Positions 55,871 through 64,000 of a stretch of 64,000 bases of DNA are shown here, piece after piece; position 1 is the stretch's first letter, and each line of letters starts with the position of its first letter. The notes beneath the pieces were generated by a model. The model searched no databases. It saw only the letters and a list, made by a program, of their open reading frames with translations, and was not told where the DNA came from. A program made the position numbers and the translations under genes. Origin of the DNA: Eledone cirrhosa (Eukaryota); assembly GCA_964016885.1 (NCBI GenBank), contig OZ024757.1:7130001-7194000 (forward strand), given 5' to 3'.

Positions 55871-55959
55871 TGATGGTACAGCTGTAGTTTGACATATATA
55901 TAGCCTTGGTTTATATAAATAAACATCACACAGGTATATTTCTACAGTTTACCAATGTA

Positions 55960-56093
55960 CCGTATTTACTGGCGCCGAAGACGACTACTTTTTGATTAAA
56001 AATAATAAACAACCTTCGGCCTCCAGGACGTATGGTAGATTTTTGAGACTTATATTAGAGAAAAAGTAATGTCTTCGACGCAGGGAAATGTGG
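55960..56093. mobile_element. Tc2/pogo-like MITE
   Basis: TA|CCGTATTTACTGGCGCCGAAGAC ... GTCTTCGACGCAGGGAAATGTGG|TA; absent from the duplicated copy at ~56305-56400. Confidence 0.75.
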
Positions 56094-56704
56094 TAAACAT
56101 GTAATATTTTCACTGTTAAATCTATCACTGTATTTTAAGTATTCTCTATTATCTCATACTGTTTCTTATAAGTCCTATAAGAATGAATTTTTTGCTAAAC
56201 TGCCATAGAGCAGACCTCTCTAGAGATAGAAGGATATAATTTATATAGCATGCTGGAATACCACTGCTTACATTGGAGAGAATTACTCTGGTCAGGAAAG
56301 TTGATATCTACAGTTTACCAATATAGAAATATAAAATTTCCACTGTTAAATCTATCTCTGCTTCTAAAGTATTCTGTATTATCTCATACTGTTTCTTTCT
56401 TATTTCAGAATATCAGATGACATTGGGATAAATTATTATTTTCAATCTTGGATACATCACCTCTATTTATCATCATTTGAAGACTAAAACTTTTTTAACA
56501 GAACTTATATAACACTTTATATAAATCTGTCATTGAATTACTGTTAAATATTTCCTCAGAACTGAGTTTATTTTCTTCACTATGAGATGGTTTTGTATTT
56601 TAACTAAACTAGGATGAAAAAGAAGTTTGTACTATCTTCAGATATTAACTGAAATATAGTTGAGGGAAATTTCGAAGATATATTTTATAAGAAATATAAT
56701 ATAA

Positions 56705-57850
<1,146 letters not shown>

Positions 57851-58225
57851 TAACGCATTGACATCAGTGATAAATCATTCTCTCAAATTTGTGAATTAAT
57901 GAGAATACAAATACATATCATTGTAACATCTTAGGGAAATCATTCTCTTTGAATGTTACATTAACTACACACACACACATATACATACAGCTGGGAAGCC
58001 ATATCACTTTGATATATTTGGTACATCATTCTCTAAATGTTGTGGCTTCACTAGACACGAACATATACATACAGGAGAGGAACCATATCACTGATGTCTG
58101 TGATAAATCCTTCTCTAAATGTTGTGGTTTAATTAGACACTAACATATACAGGAGAGGAACTATATCACTGTGATGTCTGTGGTAAATCATTCTATTATA
58201 AAGATTACTTAATGCAACACAATTA
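57851..58225 (+). pseudogene. Decayed zinc-finger repeats (about 4-5) downstream of the stop codon
   Basis: catacaggagaggaaccatatcactg..tgtgatgtctgtggtaaatcattc remnants with frameshifts and stops. Confidence 0.8.
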
Positions 58226-58309
58226 GATAAAAACCATGTCACTCACCTAAAATAGTGCCACCAATGTTGTTAATATTTTGAATAAACCTGTTTTACTAAG
58301 AAATTCTTC

Positions 58310-58690
58310 TCCTTTCATTTTATGTCCATACAAACACAGTCTTCTCTCTTACACACCACTTCAGCTCACTCTTAAACCCAGCTTCTTCTTGAACTTGTCC
58401 AAGCTCTCCCTTTCTCTCACACTTACACAACATATCCTACAAAGCATGGTTGTTTCATTTCTCTCCAGTCTACATATCCTCTGCAGTCACAACCCTTATT
58501 TCGTTACCATGCATCATTGCACATCACCCACATGTGTCATACAGTTGTCCTTTTGTACAGGGAGAGAGAAACCTTTTGTCGTCAACTGTTGCAGTAGCTC
58601 TCTAAACTTTTTTCATCCTATCCTTATTCTAGCTATACATCTTTCAGAGCAGCCCCCTCTACTGCTAATTAACTCACCTAGATTACAAAA
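58310..58690 (-). mobile_element. Degenerate RTE fragment
   Basis: Minus strand reads RIGxKKFRELL..KGFS..LYDTC and RRLCLYGH, matching the RTE C-terminus. Confidence 0.75.
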
Positions 58691-58859
58691 TATATTTGTC
58701 AGCATACTTAAAGAAGGCTCTGTTTGGAAGTGCCTCCCCTAATAAACAGTGGTGCCTAACTCAGAAACCAATGGTCACACATACATGGTAAGTTAGCTAA
58801 GAACGTAGGTTTTACATTGGTTCACTGCGCTGGAGAAGTAAGCAGCAATCACGTTTAGG

Positions 58860-60172
58860 AGACAAGCTCTATCAAATATTTAAAGGGTTCCATAGAAGCG
58901 GTTGACAGTTTCTGTTACCTGGGGTATCAAAGAAGCAGTGGAGGTAGGTGTTCTGAAAGTACAGTAACAAGAGTAAGAACAAAATGGCAGAGGTTTAGGG
59001 TGTTACTACTGCTGCCTGCTACAAAAGGTTGTTTCATCAATTTGATGTGTGCATATGAACAGCAATGCTGCATTGCAGTGAGGACCTCAGAAGATTGGAT
59101 AGAAATGAAGCTTGAATTCTCCGATGGATGTGTAATATTAATATACATGAAGTGGAAAGTGTAAATAAACTGAGAGAGAACCTGGGCATGAGAGGGATAA
59201 GATACAGTATACAGGAGAGGAGATTGCTGTGGTATGGACATGTGATGTGTATGAAGGTAAAGATGCTGTATAAAAGGTTGACTGCTTGAAATTGATGTAA
59301 GAGGAAGACCTAGGAAAGCTTGGGATGAGGAGGTAAAAACTGACCTGACACCATTGTACCTCTCAAAGGTGATGACACAGGATTGAAATCTCTGGCGTTA
59401 TACAGTATTGCAGGAGACCTGCATTCCCATGTCCACGGGTTGACACAACATTTAGTGGTTTGAAGTATGCTCTAATTTTCCTCCTCCCCACATCTTAACA
59501 CTCCACCCACTTACCAGCTAAGTACTCCACCCTGACCTACCTCTCCAATCCCCACCCTACATACACACAAACCCCACCCCCACTTTCACATCTGATACAC
59601 CTTTCTTGACCAACCCATGTATACAATTATGGAAAGCTTAACATGCTCTCCCCCAATGCTGCTTAAATGGCTAAAAGCCCTCAGGCAACTCTGTAAGGTG
59701 GTCATGCAAGTGTCATGACAAAAGAGCACCGAGTCCTCTCTGTTAGGTAATATGACAAAAGAGCACCTAACCCTCCCTGCATGTTAGTCATGCTGGTGAC
59801 ATGACAAATAAGCACCCAGTTCACCCAGTGATGTAGACATGACAGGAGGCCTCTAGCCCACCCTGTAAAGTGGTCATGCTAGTGGCAAGACTGAAGGGAC
59901 CCGAACCACCCTTCAAATTGGTGACATGACAAAGAGCAGCAAAAAGCACCCAGTCCACCCTGTAGGTTGGTCATGTTAGCAACACAACAATAAATACCAA
60001 ATCCACCCTGTAAATGTGGTTGGAGTTAGGAAGGGCATCCAGCCGTACAATCCAACCAGAAATGGTTCTTGCATGAGCAAGGCAGGGTTATTTGATCTAA
60101 GTTTTCCCACAATAGGACAACTCGTCTGACCCATGCTAGCATGTAAATTGGAGTTTAAATTGTGATGAGGAT
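58860..60172 (+). mobile_element. Degenerate RTE 3' end with a tandemly repeated 3' UTR
   Basis: VDSFCYLG, ESTVTRVRT, RRLLWYGHV and GRPRKAWDE remnants; ~45-bp repeats at 59690-60020; tail acccatgctagcatg..gatgagga. Confidence 0.8.
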
Positions 60173-60298
60173 AAATAAAATATAGGAATATACACGTATA
60201 TATTATATTCTTTTACTCTTTTACATGTTCCAGCTATCTGGCTGAGGCCATGCTGGGGCACTGCCCTTCAGATATATGTATATATATCATAGAATCAA

Positions 60299-60388
60299 GA
60301 CATATCTGAGGGCCTTGAGATTTTCAGGTTCGATCATCACATCGATTGTACCCAGAGTTGGTCCCCAGAGAAACGATTGTAATATGTC
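60299..60388 (+). ncRNA. Candidate degenerate hammerhead (family E) in a TA-flanked island 60285-60510
   Basis: GACAUAU CUGAGGG [57 nt] GAAA CGAUUG UA^ AUAUGUC; perfect 7-bp stem I, near-palindromic stem III, but A9 is G and domain II is branched. Confidence 0.45.
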
Positions 60389-60506
60389 CACTAAATTCCA
60401 CTCATCGCAAAACTGATTCTCTCTTTTCTGTGATATACTCTGCTCTATGAGAGCATCGAGTGCTCAAACGGCCTACTGCATATGGACGCTTTAAGCATCC
60501 AAAACC

Positions 60507-60554
<48 letters not shown>

Positions 60555-60559
<5 letters not shown>

Positions 60560-62041
60560 TAACAGATTAAACTTTAAGCAAAGAATCGCTGCTTTCCCCC
60601 TTAACGGGATCTTCTGAAACTAAAAAAAAATCAATCCATGACCGAAAAAGTAAATATTTCGAAAAACTTTGCAACCGAAGGAAAACAGGAAGACGATACT
60701 TTGGTTCGTGAAGACGTTTCCTGGCAATGAACGGAAAAAAGCGAAGACAATACGTCGTTATGTGGAGAGGTGACAACAATTACACGTAAAGACAAAACCA
60801 CGTTTATGGTATAAATGGAGTCGTAGACTAATATACTATTTAGGAAACGGAATGATTCTCGGCTTCGGAGTTCAGAATAATGTAAATAAATTAGTTGAAC
60901 GAAAATTACAGAGGTTATTAAAATCATAAAAGTAATAATAATTAAATATATACATACACACATTAATACACGTGTATATACGAAAACACACGGCATGCAT
61001 GCATATACATGCACGTACACATAAACACGCACACACAGACGTAAATCGGCGCGACACATATACCCGCACACATACGAACGTATACACCAAATACACATAT
61101 AAATATATGTTTGTGTGTATACATATAATTATATATACATATATAAATATACACGCATAAAAGCGTATAGAACGCACGCTCACACGTACCTACAGGTAAA
61201 TACACATATGTTCACCCAACGTACATATACCAAAACCCTATGTACACATATACACACTCATTCATACCCATTATACACATATACATACATACGTACATAT
61301 ATGTGGATATATATATAGAGAGAGAGCAGTTGTATTGTATAATATCGCTGCTATTTCTAGCAGTCAGTGAGACTACGTAGAGGCTTTCTTATTGATATAT
61401 AATTGATATTTTATTGAGTGATACTTTCTGATTTACAATCAATTAAATACGATTGGAACTGTGTCTGAAGGTATTAAATTATATCAGGGACTTTTAACGT
61501 ATGACACCGGAAGAAGAGTTGAAACATTACCAACGACACCGGGTACCTGCTGTCTTCATTATAACTTTAATTAATCTAATTATATCTTGTGTAACAATTA
61601 TATATATATACACAATTTTAATTCCCCGACATCAGTCTTACACTGTCATATCTATTCTTACTTTACAATTGTGTCTACTAAGAGTTCCATTACAATCTGT
61701 AGTAGTAAAACTACTATTTCACCAGAACATCTGCTATCAGTCATTTATAGACAATATATATATTTTAGACCACATATCAACCTAATATATATATATATTT
61801 CCTATCAAATCTGTAGCTAAAGACATAAAGTCAGCCTCACTACTTCATTCTGACAAGATATCAATTTATGACTAAAGATGAAGAAGATACACCAAAGTTA
61901 ATGTCGTGAAATAAAGCTGATAACATTGAAACTTCTAATTTGATAACAAAGAGATTATATCTTTGGTTGTTTAGTAACAACTAACAACACAACACATTGA
62001 TTATATGTGAAGGAGGTAAGTTGACAAAGATTTACTTGAAG
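60555..62041 (+). other. 5' region and putative first exon (donor GT at 62016) of the next zinc-finger paralog
   Basis: Near-identical to 45883-47125; its coding exon is not in this window. Confidence 0.6.
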
Positions 62042-62174
62042 TCTATAATAATTGTTTCTACTTTAGGCACAAGGCCAGCAATTACTCAGTACATTACTGG
62101 TACTTTATTTTGTCGACCCTGTAAGGATGAAAGGCAAAGTTAACCTCGGCGGGATTGGAACTCAGTCTATAATA

Positions 62175-62435
62175 ATGATAGCCACAAATACTAACTGCTT
62201 TACTATACATTAGATAATGTAGTCCTAGGTATACTATGTCTGATAGCCACTATACTGTACATTAGATAATGTAGACCTAGATACACTATGTCTGATAGCC
62301 ATTAATACTAATTTCTTTACTGTACATTAGATAATGTAGTCCTAGATATACTATGTCTGATAGCCACTAATACTAACTACTGTACTCTATATTAGATAAT
62401 GTAGTACTAAATACACTATGTCTGATAGTCACTAG
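62175..62435. repeat. Minisatellite (~50-65 bp unit, ~4.5 copies)
   Basis: Unit tgatagccactaatactaac..tacattagataatgtagtcctagatacactatgtc. Confidence 0.85.
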
Positions 62436-62439
62436 TATA

Positions 62440-62760
62440 TACGTAGTTCTCAGGGAGATTCAGCGAGACGTATGACATGGCTTCCCTTTGAAATACATGT
62501 AGAACCCATCTTATATTATAATGTGTCTGAGTATTTCATTGACACGTACACCGTTGACATTGTTCTCAGGGAGATTCAGTGTTTCAATTCTATGTAACAA
62601 CGTTTCCACTATAATTACTGGTACAACTTATTATTTTTCCGGTTGGGTGAAATAAAACAATGAGAAATAATGTGTCTTGTTCAAGGCCTCAACTTACAGA
62701 CCACCCGTCTGGGATTCGAACTCACGAACCATACGTTCATGTAATGCGTGCTATCACCGC
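62440..62760 (-). mobile_element. Degenerate tRNA-derived SINE
   Basis: Reverse B box gggattcgaactc near 62715; body motif gttctcagggagattcag present twice. Confidence 0.55.
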
Positions 62761-63291
62761 CGAAAACCGGTTTCCTCCACATAAAATACACAGGAATGAC
62801 AATCCGGATTAATAAACGAACAAGAATTACAATAAGTCGCTGAGAGTGATCTCCCTTGGCTGACTTTAACATCTTTTCTTCTTCCATTAGAAATTAATTT
62901 CTTTCATGTCCGACTGAAAGACTCTGGAGTTTTTACCTGTCTTGGGTTTAATTAATGAGGAATTTTGAGGTATTTATAACAATTATTAATTATTTCATTA
63001 CTGAGATATCATTGGAAGGATTTACTAAAGTTTTTAATTATTAATTATTTTATTAGTAACTTAACATGTGGTTCTTGTATAAAATTATGTTGGAAGATGT
63101 TAGGAAGAATCTATGTAGCATGTCCCGGTAAAATAGACTCCCAGACTATGTAGCCGGTAAGAGTGTCAGACTCCCTTTGTTGCGGCCCTTTATGGTTTGA
63201 GTTAAGACAATTTAAAATATTTTCCACCATCAATTGTTAAAAAACAAGTTAAAATCATTTAGTCGTCCATTCGTAACGTACGTTACACTTT

Positions 63292-63690
63292 ACTTACATA
63301 CACATCTACTGTGTTATATACACACACATCTACTGTGTTACATAGACATCTACTGTGTTACATATACACACAACTACTGTGTTATATATACACACACACT
63401 TCTGTGTTACACACACATATCTACTGAGTTACATACACACACATCTACTGAGTTATATACACATCTCCTATGTTACATACACACATCTACTGTGTTACAT
63501 ACACACACATCTGTGTTACATACACACATGTCTACTGTGTTACATACACGCACATCTACTAAGTTACATACACACACATCTACTGAGTTACATACACACA
63601 CATCTACTGGGTTTACACATCTACTCATACATATACATAAACAGACACACAATACAAAATAATTATTACATACACACGCATCTATGTAAT
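63292..63690. repeat. ~20-24-bp minisatellite (ttacatacacacacatctactgtg)n
   Basis: Seen directly. Confidence 0.9.
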
Positions 63691-64000
63691 GATTGAGGAA
63701 GGAATTGGCTGGTGAAACGCTATAGCGATGTGTGTGTTGCGTACCTTTCAGGTTTCCCGGCTTCGTAGCCTGTTCGAAGATTTTATTATAATTATGAACC
63801 TCGTACTTCAAATAATTATGACTAATTATGAGCTATTTATCACAATTGTTAGTTAATTACTAACATAGTAACATAACATATGGTTGTTATATAGAATTTC
63901 GTTGGAAGACTTTAATTTAGATAGGAACCATTTCCATAGAACGAGAACCAATTTTGGCTGGGTTTCTACCAAAAGGGTTAATGAAGAATTTTGAACAATT

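Overview
Eukaryotic, very AT-rich, repeat-dense DNA. The tandem [17 protein letters not shown]2H2 gene, RTE LINEs with (GAT)n tails and huge (TA)n tracts point to an octopod cephalopod (inference). Host genes: one intact 12-finger C2H2 zinc-finger ORF (56747-57850, +) with a probable non-coding first exon about 9.3 kb upstream, the duplicated 5' region of a neighbouring paralog (60555-62041), and two small minus-strand exons of a calponin-homology (transgelin/myophilin-like) gene missed by the ORF track. The rest is transposons (near-intact and fragmentary RTE LINEs, a CR1-group LINE, Helitrons, mariner/pogo/Tc2/piggyBac MITEs, tRNA-derived SINEs, Penelope-like pieces) and about 30 kb of strand-asymmetric (TA)n/CATATTA satellite. 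Main hunt result: about 20 type-I hammerhead ribozyme motifs of 4 sequence families sit in that satellite, plus a weaker fifth candidate near 60.3 kb. Most have palindromic, dimer-type stem III and two families show compensatory base changes. They include a non-coding ~523-nt monomer bracketed by tandem hammerheads with an unusually long stem II (retrozyme-like), carried in a ~5-6 kb macro-repeat next to Penelope-like GIY-YIG remnants and a ~3 kb palindrome. All structures were read by eye; no folding or database search was run. The many Y/I/H/T-rich ORFs are microsatellite artefacts.
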